A stretch of DNA of 64,000 nt from Escherichia coli (lineage in GTDB: Bacteria; Pseudomonadota; Gammaproteobacteria; Enterobacterales; Enterobacteriaceae), in NCBI RefSeq assembly GCF_003334335.1, contig NZ_QOWQ01000007.1, one strand, 5' to 3'. Made by a program: the position numbers and the translations under genes. The notes beneath the pieces were generated by a model. That model was not told the DNA's origin and searched no databases. It worked only from the letters and a program-made list of their open reading frames with translations. This document shows positions 1 to 20,034 of the stretch, in pieces; the first letter of the stretch is position 1; every line of letters begins with the position of its first letter.

Positions 1-754
1 CGGAAATGGCTTCTTCTGGCGCTTCGGTTTCGGCGGTGATCCAGTTCCCGCCAGCACAAGAAAGGGCAATGTAGGGACTATCAGGATCGAGGATCTGGCT
101 GCATCCCCAACGAACGAATTCATCCACATAACGTGTGTAGTTGGTAAACAAGACGAACGGCTGAAAATGTTCAACTGGCGTACCGGTATAATGGCGCAAC
201 CGCGCGAGGGAAAAATCGACGCGGCGCGCATCAAAATGCGATAGCGGGGAGAATTCAGTTGGATGATAAATGCCGTCTGCAGTTTCATCGCCAATTTGCG
301 CCAGTTCTGTTGTCGGGAAGTAGCGAGTTAACCCAGCGCTCATTGAGCGATCAAGTGTCAATTCAGAGCCATCGATGACATAAGGATAGGGGATTTCATG
401 CTGCGAGGGTTGCACCGAGATATGCGCACCATAATCCTGATACAGCAACGTAAGTTGTTCATTGAGATACGAACGAAAGAGAGTAGGGCGAGTAATCGTG
501 GTGGTGTAGCTGCCTGCGTGAGTAAAACGACCAAATGCGCGCGTTTTGGGGGGATTGGTTGTGCTACCGTCCCAGGTTACGGTCAGTGATGGATAGACAA
601 AAAGACCTTGTTTGCGGGCGTTTTCATCAGGTAATTCGCCACTTGTAATATAGTTGCCAATGGCGTTGCGTAATGCGACTACAGATTGCTCATACAGCGC
701 GTCGAGTTTATCCAGTGCCTGAGCTGGGGTCAGACCGGAGCCCTTATTATTCAT
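1..754 (-). CDS. amn: AMP nucleosidase, 3' end cut by window edge (N-terminal ~251 codons present)
   Basis: Reverse complement of 691-754 reads ATG AAT AAT AAG GGC TCC GGT CTG ACC... = MNNKGSGLTPAQALDKLDALY; frame stays open to position 1; synteny with shiA. Confidence 0.85.
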   Translation of the reverse strand, partial: MNNKGSGLTPAQALDKLDALYEQSVVALRNAIGNYITSGELPDENARKQGLFVYPSLTVTWDGSTTNPPKTRAFGRFTHAGSYTTTITRPTLFRSYLNEQLTLLYQDYGAHISVQPSQHEIPYPYVIDGSELTLDRSMSAGLTRYFPTTELAQIGDETADGIYHPTEFSPLSHFDARRVDFSLARLRHYTGTPVEHFQPFVLFTNYTRYVDEFVRWGCSQILDPDSPYIALSCAGGNWITAETEAPEEAIS

Positions 755-855
755 GTGTGTCTCCTGTTCCATACAATTACCGCACGTCCGATAGTATGTC
801 ACAGGAATGTGAAACAAAAGTGTAAGGCGAAGATCGGATGATCTTCGCCAGACTA

Positions 856-2172
856 TCAAGCGCGTTGATTGTCTTTCATCAACAAAGCGGTCATTGCGGA
901 AATCAGACATCCAGCCAGCAAATAAATGGCGACGCTATGCCAGTTCCCGGCAAAGTAAGTGATGAGTGCAGCGGCAATAAAAGGTGTAAATCCACCGCCA
1001 ACCACACTGGCGACCTGATAACCGACTCCAGCACCACTATAGCGATAACTGGCACCAAACATTTCGGTAAACATCGGTTGTTGCACACACACCACCATGT
1101 CATGCGCAATGTTTGCCAGCATTATGGAGAAGAAAACTATCCAGAAAATAGATTGTGCTTCAAGCGCCATAAAGAAAGGAAATGTGCTCAACGTTCCGAT
1201 TAACGCACCTGTGATATAAACCCTGCGGCGACCAAAACGATCGGCAAGCCAGGCAAAACAGGGAATTGTCAAGCAGCTTAATCCACCTACCAGCAAACCA
1301 ATATTGAGGAAAAGTTCGCGCGGTAACCCCATATTCTGGGTTGAATAATTAAGTGCAAAGGCAGTAACGATGTACATCGTCAGCAATTCGCACAGTCGTA
1401 GCGCAATAATCTTCAGGAAAGCACCGGGATGTCGTAACAGCGCTTCGATAACCGGGATGCGTTTTTTCGCGGCAGCTTGATAATGTTGCTGTTGTTCAAA
1501 TTCCGCGGACTCCTCCATGCCATTGCGCACCCACAATGCTCCCAGTACCAGTACGATGCTAAACAGGAAAGGAATGCGCCAGCCCCAGCTTAAAAACTGT
1601 TCGTCAGTCGTCATCATACTGATCAATGAAACCAGTCCGGTTGAAAGCAGTAAACCTACACCGTAGCCAACTTGTACACCGCTACTGTAAAAGGCTTTTT
1701 TATTTTTCGGTGCACTTTCAACGGAAAGCAACGCCGCGCCTCCCCATTCGCCGCCGACGGCAAATCCCTGAATGGCACGCAGTGTCACCAGCAAAATAGG
1801 TGCCCACCACCCAATGGTCGAGAATGAAGGAAGAATACCAATCAAGGCTGTCGCGATGCCCATCATCCAGACGGTCAGCATTAACATGCGCTTACGTCCC
1901 AGTCGGTCGCCAAAGTGACCGAAAATGACACCGCCGAGCGGACGGAAAAGGAATCCGACGCCAAAGGTGGCAAATGCGGCGAGCGTTCCCATCGCCGGGC
2001 TTACTTGCGGGAAAAACTCGCGATTAAACACCAGTGCGGCGGTGATGCCATAGAGTAAAAAATCATACCAGTCGACGACGGCACCAGCGAAGCTGCCTAA
2101 CGCAGCTCGTCGGGCGCGACTTAACGAAAGCGTCCCTTCATCGGGACGAGTGGAGATGAGCGTGGAGTCCAT
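856..2172 (-). CDS. shiA: shikimate/dehydroshikimate MFS transporter
   Basis: 438-aa ORF with multi-TM MFS features, recognised as ShiA; synteny amn-shiA-yeeL. Confidence 0.9.
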   Translation of the reverse strand: MDSTLISTRPDEGTLSLSRARRAALGSFAGAVVDWYDFLLYGITAALVFNREFFPQVSPAMGTLAAFATFGVGFLFRPLGGVIFGHFGDRLGRKRMLMLTVWMMGIATALIGILPSFSTIGWWAPILLVTLRAIQGFAVGGEWGGAALLSVESAPKNKKAFYSSGVQVGYGVGLLLSTGLVSLISMMTTDEQFLSWGWRIPFLFSIVLVLGALWVRNGMEESAEFEQQQHYQAAAKKRIPVIEALLRHPGAFLKIIALRLCELLTMYIVTAFALNYSTQNMGLPRELFLNIGLLVGGLSCLTIPCFAWLADRFGRRRVYITGALIGTLSTFPFFMALEAQSIFWIVFFSIMLANIAHDMVVCVQQPMFTEMFGASYRYSGAGVGYQVASVVGGGFTPFIAAALITYFAGNWHSVAIYLLAGCLISAMTALLMKDNQRA

Positions 2173-2486
2173 AATGATCCTGTTTGTACTGTCTTTTTAT
2201 AATTAGTATGGAAAAGGTAACTCACATTGCCGTCGATCTATAAACGAACCTTATGAGACTACCTCGACAGAGCGCATCTGCAAATGTTTTTATGGCTGAT
2301 TAGCGGCAACATGAAAAATTCGCTGGAAGATGAAAGCGCAGGAGTTGCTGGTGTTGTTTAAGGATTAAGCAGAGGACCCACAGGTTAGAGATATGAAACA
2401 TAAAAGTCCGCATATGCACAAAATGGCACCCTGATGAGTCTGATAGACTGCATTGTATTATAACCAGTAGGGAGGCGAGGTTAGGT

Positions 2487-3539
2487 ATGTTTTTAGCATC
2501 ATTGTTGAGACGTATTGCATTTAGTTACTACGATTATAAAGCTTATAATTTCAATATTGAAAAAACAGACTTTGTTGTCATCCATATTCCCGACCAGATT
2601 GGCGATGCTATGGCCATCTTTCCTGTTATTCGGGCGCTTGAATTGCATAAAATTAAGCATCTTTTAATTGTTACGTCGACAATTAATTTAGAAGTGTTTA
2701 ATGCACTTAAACTTGAAAAGACTAAATTAACATTAGTCACAATGACTATGCAGGATCACGCAACATTAAAAGAAATAAAAGATTTAGCAAAGAACATAAC
2801 ACAGCAATACGGTACGCCGGATCTTTGTATAGAGGCGATGCGTAAAAAGAACCTGAAAACGATGATATTTATCAGTCAGTTGAAAGCAAAAACGAATTTT
2901 CAGGTTGTTGGTTTAACCATGAAGTGCTACTCCTCTTTGTGCAAGAACGCGTCCCGGATGGATCAGAATCTCCGGGCTCCCGTACCCATGACATGGGCAT
3001 TTATGATGCGTGAGGCGGGTTTTCCAGCAGTCAGGCCAATATATGAATTGCCACTAAGTGAGGATGTACTCGATGAGGTGCGCGAGGAAATGCGATCGTT
3101 AGGATCTTACATTGCGCTTAATTTAGAAGGTAGCTCGCAGGAACGTACATTTTCATTATCGATTGCAGAAAATCTAATAGCAAAAATTCAAAGTGAAACA
3201 GATATACCAATAGTGATCGTTCATGGACCAAAAGGGGAAGATAAAGCCAGGGTATTAGTGGATTGTTATAATAATGTCTACCGTTTATCCTTATCACCCT
3301 CGATTAAACGTTCAGCAGCAATCATAAAAGATGCTTATATCGCAATAACTCCTGACACCTCAATATTACATATGGCAAGTGCCTATAATACTCCCGTTGT
3401 TGCAATTTATGCTGATTACAAAACGCGATGGCCCGCAATGGCCGATGTTTCGGAGTCAGTCGTCGTTGGGCAAAAAATTGACAATATAAGTCTGGATGAA
3501 TTCGCAAAGGCATTAAAAAGTGTTTTGGCGAGAATATGA
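2487..3539 (+). CDS. yeeL: family-9 glycosyltransferase (heptosyltransferase-like), apparently intact
   Basis: 350-aa ORF; C-terminal motif ITPDTSILHMASAYNTPVVAIYAD resembles GT9 nucleotide-sugar binding region; GGAGG upstream of ATG; position between shiA and yeeJ; AT-rich. Confidence 0.7.
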   Translation: MFLASLLRRIAFSYYDYKAYNFNIEKTDFVVIHIPDQIGDAMAIFPVIRALELHKIKHLLIVTSTINLEVFNALKLEKTKLTLVTMTMQDHATLKEIKDLAKNITQQYGTPDLCIEAMRKKNLKTMIFISQLKAKTNFQVVGLTMKCYSSLCKNASRMDQNLRAPVPMTWAFMMREAGFPAVRPIYELPLSEDVLDEVREEMRSLGSYIALNLEGSSQERTFSLSIAENLIAKIQSETDIPIVIVHGPKGEDKARVLVDCYNNVYRLSLSPSIKRSAAIIKDAYIAITPDTSILHMASAYNTPVVAIYADYKTRWPAMADVSESVVVGQKIDNISLDEFAKALKSVLARI

Positions 3540-3755
3540 GACAGTACTTATGCATAGTAATGCCGATCTGTTATGAACGGTGGTGTCATCAATACTCTGA
3601 GGCTGGTCAATCATCACAGAAAACCAGCCTTTGGATCAAAGCTGTACTCACCGGATACGATCATAGTCACATCGAACGCGATTCTTGCGGTGCAGCAGTT
3701 TTATTTATTCATTTTCTGTGAGAGAAGGGCAAGCTCTATAGAGGGAATGTAAAAA

Positions 3756-3779
3756 AGAGTGCTCCGAATGGAGCACTCT
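3756..3779 (-). terminator. hairpin terminator at the convergent yeeL/yeeJ 3' ends
   Basis: agagtgctcc-gaat-ggagcactct inverted repeat; T-run follows on minus strand immediately downstream of yeeJ stop. Confidence 0.6.
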
Positions 3780-3800
3780 TTAAGAAATTATAACGGAAAA

Positions 3801-11783
<7,983 letters not shown>

Positions 11784-12096
11784 GCTTACCTTCCCTGAAC
11801 GAGCTAACATAAATGCGCCCTTTCTAGCACAGCGAAAAAATGTAAATCCTGATAGCAATATGATTGAAAATTAATAACTTTTCGTTAGGCAGTTTTGAGT
11901 GTGAGTTGCAAGAGGGGAGACTACTGAATAACTCAAGTTTTATAATCGAGGGGAAAATGGTGATGGCGTTCATAGCAAAACGCCCTCAACCATAAAGGTC
12001 GAGGGCGCTTAAGATGTTAAAAACCCGCTATCCGTTAAAAAACAATGTTCAACTAAGGTCAGTGACATTGCGCTAAAAAAGCGAATTTTTAGAATT

Positions 12097-12172
12097 TGGC
12101 TCCTCTGACTGGACTCGAACCAGTGACATACGGATTAACAGTCCGCCGTTCTACCGACTGAACTACAGAGGA
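12097..12172 (-). tRNA. asnT: tRNA-Asn (GUU)
   Basis: Reverse complement matches the tRNA-Asn sequence (TCCTCTGTAGTTCAGTCGGTAGAACGGCGGACTGTTAATCCG...CCA). Confidence 0.95.
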
Positions 12173-12272
12173 ATCGTGTGAACGGGGCGCATATTACTTA
12201 GCGGTACCTTGTCTGTCAACACTAAATTTCATAAGTCATTTCAATTGGTTAATTAATCTGCAAAGTTGTTAA

Positions 12273-13070
12273 TTAATGAACATTCGTCGCCGAAAACGAG
12301 TCTGTATCATTAGTGCGATGCAGTCTCTGCAAAGGATCTTGTTGATAAAATTGGCAGAAACGTTGCCACAATGAAGGGAAACGAGGAGCAAAAAGTTCTG
12401 GGGCGCTAAAGAAATATTCAGAAAGTACGGCAAAACATTCAGCAGGATCACTGGCAGCATAAGCATCAATGCTCGCCGCATTCTCGCCAACCAATTCGAT
12501 TTCTTCCTGAATGTTGTTCATTGCAGCATGAAGATCGTGTTCCCAGCCAGCAACCTCACGCAACGGAATAAAGGGAACTCCGCTGGCGCGATCGCCGTTA
12601 CGGGTGTCCAGCTTATGAGCGACTTCATGAATAATCAGGTTAAAACCAGAAGCATCAAAAGAATCTTGTATATCCAACCAGTTCAAAACGATAGGCCCTT
12701 GCTGCCAGCTCTGACCTGACTGAACAATACGTTGGTTATGCACCAGACCGATATCGTCTTCCCATTCATCATCGACCACAAATGGCGCAGGATAAATTAA
12801 GACTTCATGAAAACCATCCAGCCATTCCAGTCCTAACTCCAGAACGGGTAGGCAAAATAGAAGTGCTATCCGGCAGCTTCTTAATGAATCCAGTTCAAAG
12901 CCCTGTAAAGGAACAAGCCGCTTTTGCTGTAAAAAACGTTCGGCAAGAGTGACTAATTTGCTTTGTTCCTGTTCCGTCAGACACGTTAAAAGGGGGATCG
13001 ATAGTGCTTCCTGCCAGGGAAGGGCAGTTTGATGTGCTGATTCTTGTACTTTCCAGGGCCACTTAATCAT
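12273..13070 (-). CDS. mtfA: Mlc titration factor A (zinc metallopeptidase-like)
   Basis: ORF track 12273..13109; start trimmed to internal ATG ([11 protein letters not shown]...) giving 265 aa; HEVAH zinc-binding motif present. Confidence 0.85.
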
Positions 13071-13163
13071 CGTTTTGCTCGCAAACTCGTCACTTGAACA
13101 AAATTGCACGGACAGGGACTGTTAAAATGCCAAATTTCCTGGCATCATGGCAACCATCTGAAC

Positions 13164-13253
13164 GGAGAGATGCCGGAGCGGCTGAACGGACCGGTCTCGA
13201 AAACCGGAGTAGGGGCAACTCTACCGGGGGTTCAAATCCCCCTCTCTCCGCCA
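13164..13253 (+). tRNA. serU: tRNA-Ser (CGA)
   Basis: GGAGAGATGCCGGAGCGGCTGAACGGACCGGTCTCGAAAACCGG...CTCTCCGCCA, 90 nt with long variable arm. Confidence 0.95.
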
Positions 13254-13822
13254 CTTTATCAATGACTTATCTCCCGACTTCCCGCCTTGCTTTTCCTAAA
13301 CAGAACAATCGTAGAATATTCTTGAAGGGTTAGATCGTCACTGTTTTCTGTTCGATACTGTGACATTCAGCACTTGATCCGCTATGGATCTGACAGGAAG
13401 CTTTCGAGCGAAAATGTGCAGTTATTCAGTCGTTTTCTTATCGGTCACCATTATTCTTTTAGACATTCATCCTATGAAACTGCCGCAAAGTTGGTGGTGG
13501 GAACTGAAGTTGCGTAGAGAAGGGGTCAATAATTGAGTCAAAAAAGGAACGCGGCCGTCAGATTAAAGCCGCGGGACAAAGTCCATAATTTCCAAGAGTT
13601 GTTGAATTTCCCAGCTTTTTTGAAAGCCTTTGTATCATACTAACAAGTAAAAAAGGTTTAAATACCAAAATTAACCTGTATTTTTGATAAGTCTTACCAT
13701 TGTACGATTTACACAGTTTCTGCTCCTCCTTGTTGATAGTGGAAAGGGTGCATTGTGCACTTGCGTAAACATTTATGACGCGTTGATGTCCATGGTTCAC
13801 ATTTCCTTGTCAGGGGATCGAC

Positions 13823-14353
13823 TTATTTGCGGCGAGGCATCATTCGTAACAGAGTATTATCTTTCTGAATGTAGTGATGAAAGAGTGCTGCGCCAGCGTG
13901 AGCTGCGATTAAAAAGTAACCTATATTCGCCCAGGTTTCGTGAATATTTTTTATCAGTGCTTTAATTTCGCTGTTTGGGGTAACAAAGGGAGACACATTG
14001 AAACCAAGGAAACTCCACGATTTTCCACTGTAAGCCATCAAAGCAATCCCCAGCAGAGGAAGTGCAAGGAAGGTTATATAAAGCATGATGTGCATTAGCG
14101 AAGCCGCTTTCATTTGCCAGGCAGGTGGCGGTGGTACAATAGAAGGATCACTATAACGGTGTTTTATAATCAGGCGTGAAAACATTAACACCCAAACGAA
14201 TATACCCGCATTGTAATGTGTTTCTCGCATCAGCAGATAAGTACTACTACCTTTAGGAAACCAGCCACGGAGTTCCATCGCGGCATAGGTTATTGCAACG
14301 AAAAGCAGCGTTATCCAATGTAAATAAATTTGAGTTTTTGAGAATCGGTTCAT
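13823..14353 (-). CDS. yodB: cytochrome b561 family inner-membrane protein
   Basis: ORF track 13823..14383; start trimmed to MNRFSKTQIYLHW (176 aa); His-rich TM helices. Confidence 0.8.
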   Translation of the reverse strand: MNRFSKTQIYLHWITLLFVAITYAAMELRGWFPKGSSTYLLMRETHYNAGIFVWVLMFSRLIIKHRYSDPSIVPPPPAWQMKAASLMHIMLYITFLALPLLGIALMAYSGKSWSFLGFNVSPFVTPNSEIKALIKNIHETWANIGYFLIAAHAGAALFHHYIQKDNTLLRMMPRRK

Positions 14354-14695
14354 TTTTGTAGCTCCTGTAATTTTTACAGTCAAGCTATCCCACGAACCTT
14401 AAAAATTCCTTATACAGATGTGGTTTTAAGAATTTGTTATTTAAAAAATTGATAGTGCACATTGTAACCAGCCAATATAAGCAATGGCGTGAGCACAGGT
14501 ATCTTTCTCAGTTGGCCGTATTGTGTATGGAATCCGTTATTGGTTAACTCAATGCGGGTTAGCTTATTAATATACAGACACGTCATAGTGATGAGCATGT
14601 CTGTAGCTAGCTTGCGTTCAGTGGCGTTTGTGGATGGACCAGTGGCAGTTATGATGACTTACTAAAGCGGCATCGAGGCGTTATCATGAGAATAC

Positions 14696-15346
14696 TCAAT
14701 GAGACATCATTTCCTCGACCACTTCTTCGCTACTCAACTGATATGGATAATACGTTGGCCAGTTTTCCATTTCATTTAATAAAGATTGCTGTGAATCATT
14801 ACCCATAAAAATGTGAAAATGAGATGATTTTCGTGGTGCAATTATATGATCGCTAAATTGTATATATTTAGGGGCTTTGCTTTCAGGATCTTTACATTCG
14901 AATAAGTAACGAACGCCTTTCTTGCCTGATTTATAGGTGAGTATTTTGTATCCATCGTACTCATATTTACAGGATGTTGTTTCATTATTTCTATGGAATT
15001 CAACAATGCCGTCCTCAATGCCAATCATCTCAATATCTGTTGCATAACCTTTGTGATAATAATCTTTAATTTCAGCAAATGTTTTAGTTTTATCTGCATC
15101 CGCTTTCTTCTGAAAGACGGGGTCAAGTTTGCCACTTTGCAGTAAAGGATAAACGGATTGCCAGACTCCATCCCAGTCACTGAGCGTTCGGTTTTGTACA
15201 TTGGCATCATCAAAAACACCATTAGCAGCTTTTTGTTCGACCTCTGTTAAGGGTTTGCCGTGTGAGTGATGACCATGCGAAAAGGCAGGAGCGCTAACAA
15301 TAAAGACACCTAAAGCAACAGCCAGTTTGTGAAGACGAATCGCCAA
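14696..15346 (-). CDS. zinT: periplasmic zinc/cadmium-binding protein
   Basis: ORF track 14696..15367; likely TTG start at 15346 after GGAGGA (gives 216 aa); signal peptide then HGHHSHG metal-binding motif. Confidence 0.85.
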   Translation of the reverse strand: MAIRLHKLAVALGVFIVSAPAFSHGHHSHGKPLTEVEQKAANGVFDDANVQNRTLSDWDGVWQSVYPLLQSGKLDPVFQKKADADKTKTFAEIKDYYHKGYATDIEMIGIEDGIVEFHRNNETTSCKYEYDGYKILTYKSGKKGVRYLFECKDPESKAPKYIQFSDHIIAPRKSSHFHIFMGNDSQQSLLNEMENWPTYYPYQLSSEEVVEEMMSH

Positions 15347-15520
15347 AACAGTTTCCTCCAGAGTCATTGTATATGATGTGTAATGTTATATTGTAACATG
15401 TGACAAAATGCAATAACTCTTAGGAGATGAGAGCATAGTTTTCTCAGGTATACTTATCTATCTTATTGAAATAAAATGAATTATGTTGATAATTTGAGGT
15501 TGATGACAAACGAAACATAA

Positions 15521-15572
15521 CCTGATGTGATCTGCGTAGGCCGGATAGGGCGCTCGCGCCGCATCCGGCAGG
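15521..15572. repeat. REP (repetitive extragenic palindromic) element
   Basis: gtaggccggataagg...gcgccgcatccggc palindromic REP consensus between zinT and msrQ. Confidence 0.7.
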
Positions 15573-15602
15573 GATAACGCGTACTTTGTCGGCAATATGA
15601 AG

Positions 15603-16238
15603 TTATACAGATAATTTGTTGTGAACCTGCTTGCGTAACCGGTTAAAAAGGGAACGCAACTTCTTATACCGTAAGGCTAAAAGCAGTACAGCCAGCCCAG
15701 CGTAGATGAGCGGCTGCGGTGAAATAATCTTCACTGACCACAGATAATGTATTGGGGCCAGGATCGCGACAAGATAGACGAAATTATGCAACTGTTGCCA
15801 GTGCTTGCCGAGTTTTCGCTGCATCGCCTGGGTTGAAGTAAACGCTAAAGCAAGCAAAATAACCCAGCTGATAATACCTAACGTTAAATAAGGCCGGGTA
15901 ATTAACTCCTTACCTAATAACGCCAGATTATTCACGCCCAGCTCCAGCAATGCGTAACTGGTTAAATGCAGTGTCGCCCAGGCAAAGCTCCATAAGCCTA
16001 ACAGGCGGCGAGTGCGTATCAATAACGGCTGTTTTACGTAGCGTGCCAGAGGTGTGATTAACAAGGTCGCCAGCAAAAATTTCAGTGCAGTGCGACCGGT
16101 AAAATGCTGAATATCTTTCACCGGATCGGCACCCAGTCCACCGTGATTGATCGCCCAGACCAGCCAGAGAAACGGCAACAATCCGGCAAGATGCAGGCTA
16201 ACTTTCAGCCATGTCACCTGTTTTGCTGTCAGACGCAT
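15603..16238 (-). CDS. msrQ: methionine sulfoxide reductase haem-binding membrane subunit
   Basis: 211-aa multi-TM ORF immediately downstream of msrP, stop/start adjacent. Confidence 0.9.
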   Translation of the reverse strand: MRLTAKQVTWLKVSLHLAGLLPFLWLVWAINHGGLGADPVKDIQHFTGRTALKFLLATLLITPLARYVKQPLLIRTRRLLGLWSFAWATLHLTSYALLELGVNNLALLGKELITRPYLTLGIISWVILLALAFTSTQAMQRKLGKHWQQLHNFVYLVAILAPIHYLWSVKIISPQPLIYAGLAVLLLALRYKKLRSLFNRLRKQVHNKLSV

Positions 16239-17249
<1,011 letters not shown>

Positions 17250-17351
17250 TCACACTTTTTTGTCGTTAGCCAGCAAGAGCCGTTTACTGTTAATCTGTTA
17301 GGGAGTGTCCTCCCTAACAGTAGCAGAGATCTGCTTTTACATATTTATGCA

Positions 17352-17765
17352 TTAACTGCCACGATAGGTTGAATACCCATATTGGCTAAGTAATAAAGGC
17401 ACATGATAATGCTCGTTCACTTTATTAATATGAAATTCAACGGGGATCTCAGGGAAGAAACTTTCAAGATTTTGTTTCTTGAAATAGTCCCCGGTTTTAA
17501 ATACGACACGGTAATCGCCCGTAGTTGCAGTTTGCTCGGGCCACAGTGCCTTAATTCGTCCATCCTTATCTGTTTTGGCGGTATTAAGTTGTAACCAGCC
17601 GTTGTCCGCTTTCTTTTCAAGAGTGACTGTCACGTCGGCAGCGGGTTTTCCTGTTTGCTGGTTCAAAATGTGCACGCTAAGAATGTTTTGTTGTGCAGCA
17701 TAGACCAAAGAAGGTAATGAAAATGCTGCCGTTGCTACCGAGAGTACTAAATAACGCTTTAACAT
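17352..17765 (-). CDS. hiuH: 5-hydroxyisourate hydrolase (transthyretin-like periplasmic protein)
   Basis: 137-aa ORF with signal peptide and C-terminal YRGS motif. Confidence 0.9.
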   Translation of the reverse strand: MLKRYLVLSVATAAFSLPSLVYAAQQNILSVHILNQQTGKPAADVTVTLEKKADNGWLQLNTAKTDKDGRIKALWPEQTATTGDYRVVFKTGDYFKKQNLESFFPEIPVEFHINKVNEHYHVPLLLSQYGYSTYRGS

Positions 17766-17897
17766 GTTTATATCCTTGTCATGTGAATGAGTTTTGAGGA
17801 TAGCGAAAAAGCGGCCAGGGTAACCTTACAGCAGCATTACAATTTTGTAATGAACCAGGCTGTTTCTATAACATATGATTTATGGCATATTATTTTC

Positions 17898-18569
17898 ATG
17901 AAGATTTTACTTATTGAAGATAATCAAAGGACCCAGGAGTGGGTAACGCAGGGGCTTTCCGAAGCGGGTTATGTCATTGATGCCGTTTCTGATGGCAGAG
18001 ATGGGCTTTATCTTGCGCTGAAGGATGATTATGCATTGATAATTCTGGATATTATGCTTCCGGGTATGGATGGCTGGCAGATCTTACAAACGTTAAGAAC
18101 AGCAAAGCAAACCCCTGTTATTTGCCTTACTGCAAGGGATTCTGTCGATGACAGAGTCAGAGGGCTGGACAGTGGAGCAAATGATTATCTGGTAAAACCT
18201 TTTTCATTTTCTGAGTTGCTGGCAAGGGTTCGGGCACAATTAAGGCAACATCACGCTTTGAATTCAACATTAGAAATCAGTGGTTTAAGAATGGACTCTG
18301 TTAGTCAAAGTGTGAGCAGGGACAATATCAGTATTACACTGACGCGCAAGGAGTTTCAGTTACTTTGGCTACTGGCCTCCAGAGCTGGCGAAATTATACC
18401 CAGAACGGTTATTGCGAGTGAAATTTGGGGAATCAACTTTGATAGTGATACCAATACGGTGGATGTCGCCATTCGCAGGCTCCGCGCAAAAGTTGATGAT
18501 CCTTTTCCTGAAAAGCTAATCGCCACAATCCGGGGGATGGGCTATTCATTCGTAGCGGTAAAAAAATAA
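17898..18569 (+). CDS. hprR: two-component response regulator (OmpR family)
   Basis: ORF track 17787..18569; start trimmed to MKILLIEDNQ (223 aa); receiver plus winged-helix domains; TAATG overlap with hprS. Confidence 0.85.
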   Translation: MKILLIEDNQRTQEWVTQGLSEAGYVIDAVSDGRDGLYLALKDDYALIILDIMLPGMDGWQILQTLRTAKQTPVICLTARDSVDDRVRGLDSGANDYLVKPFSFSELLARVRAQLRQHHALNSTLEISGLRMDSVSQSVSRDNISITLTRKEFQLLWLLASRAGEIIPRTVIASEIWGINFDSDTNTVDVAIRRLRAKVDDPFPEKLIATIRGMGYSFVAVKK

Positions 18570-19927
18570 TGAAAAGATTATCTATAACCGTCCGTTTAAC
18601 CTTGCTTTTTATATTGCTGCTGTCTGTTGCTGGCGCTGGAATTGTATGGACTCTCTATAATGGCCTGGCAAGTGAGTTGAAATGGCGCGATGATACAACA
18701 CTCATTAACCGGACAGCGCAGATCAAGCAGTTGTTAATTGATGGGGTAAATCCAGATACGTTACCTGTGTACTTTAACCGGATGATGGATGTTAGTCAGG
18801 ATATCTTGATCATTCATGGTGATGGCATCAATAAAATTGTTAACCGGACGAATGTCAGTGATGACATGTTAAATAACATACCTGCTAGTGAGACAATCAG
18901 CGCAGCTGGCATTTACAGAAGCATTATTAATGATACAGAGATAGATGCTTTACGAATTAATATTGATGAAGTTTCGCCATCATTAACGGTTACTGTGGCT
19001 AAATTGGCTTCAGCCAGACATAACATGCTTGAACAGTATAAAATTAATAGCATTATAATTTGCATTGTCGCCATTGTACTTTGCTCAGTATTAAGTCCGC
19101 TGTTAATCAGAACGGGATTACGAGAGATCAAAAAGTTGAGTGGTGTAACGGAAGCGCTGAATTATAACGATAGCCGGGAGCCTGTTGAGGTTAGCGCATT
19201 ACCGAGAGAACTAAAACCTCTTGGGCAGGCGTTGAATAAAATGCATCAAGCCTTAGTCAAAGATTTTGAACGCCTAAGTCAATTTGCTGACGATCTCGCT
19301 CATGAACTTAGAACGCCCATTAATGCATTACTGGGTCAGAATCAGGTTACGCTCAGTCAAACCAGAAGTATCGCTGAATATCAAAAAACAATTGCCGGTA
19401 ACATTGAAGAGCTGGAAAATATTTCGCGGTTAACAGAGAACATACTGTTTCTTGCCCGGGCAGATAAAAACAATGTTTTGGTGAAACTGGACTCGCTTTC
19501 TCTCAATAAGGAAGTCGAAAATTTGTTGGATTATCTTGAATACCTTTCAGACGAGAAAGAGATTTGCTTTAAGGTCGAGTGCAATCAGCAAATCTTTGCG
19601 GATAAAATTTTACTGCAACGAATGTTATCGAATCTTATTGTTAATGCCATTAGATATTCACCAGAAAAATCGCGTATTCATATAACCAGTTTTCTTGATA
19701 CCAACGGCTATCTTAATATTGATGTCGCCAGTCCTGGAACGAAAATTCATGAGCCTGAAAAACTCTTCCGTAGATTTTGGCGGGGAGATAATTCGCGTCA
19801 TTCCGTAGGTCAGGGACTTGGTCTTTCTTTAATCAAAGCGATTGCCGAATTACATGGGGGAAGTGCTACGTATCACTATCTCAATAAGCATAATGTGTTC
19901 CGGATTATGTTACCGCAAAGAAATTAA
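18569..19927 (+). CDS. hprS: two-component sensor histidine kinase
   Basis: 452-aa ORF with two TM segments, H-box (LAHELRTPIN) and ATPase motifs. Confidence 0.9.
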   Translation: MKRLSITVRLTLLFILLLSVAGAGIVWTLYNGLASELKWRDDTTLINRTAQIKQLLIDGVNPDTLPVYFNRMMDVSQDILIIHGDGINKIVNRTNVSDDMLNNIPASETISAAGIYRSIINDTEIDALRINIDEVSPSLTVTVAKLASARHNMLEQYKINSIIICIVAIVLCSVLSPLLIRTGLREIKKLSGVTEALNYNDSREPVEVSALPRELKPLGQALNKMHQALVKDFERLSQFADDLAHELRTPINALLGQNQVTLSQTRSIAEYQKTIAGNIEELENISRLTENILFLARADKNNVLVKLDSLSLNKEVENLLDYLEYLSDEKEICFKVECNQQIFADKILLQRMLSNLIVNAIRYSPEKSRIHITSFLDTNGYLNIDVASPGTKIHEPEKLFRRFWRGDNSRHSVGQGLGLSLIKAIAELHGGSATYHYLNKHNVFRIMLPQRN

Positions 19928-19958
19928 CATAGGGCTTCAGTACGCCATAAATCAACCA

Positions 19959-19999
19959 TGAAAAAACGCAGCCACGTCGTGAGTATTAACGTGGCTGCG
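19959..19999 (-). terminator. hairpin terminator between convergent hprS and hchA
   Basis: cgcagccacg...cgtggctgcg inverted repeat with T-run on the minus strand. Confidence 0.5.
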
Positions 20000-20034
20000 A
20001 TTGATTATGCGCTTACATTCATACGTAACAGGGA

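Noticed and set aside
838-1203. 121-aa plus-strand ORF inside shiA
   Set aside because: Antisense to the ShiA transporter ORF; no ribosome-binding site; composition atypical.
13094-13333. 79-aa ORF overlapping serU
   Set aside because: Overlaps a tRNA gene on the same strand; the product is low complexity; an artefact of ORF calling.
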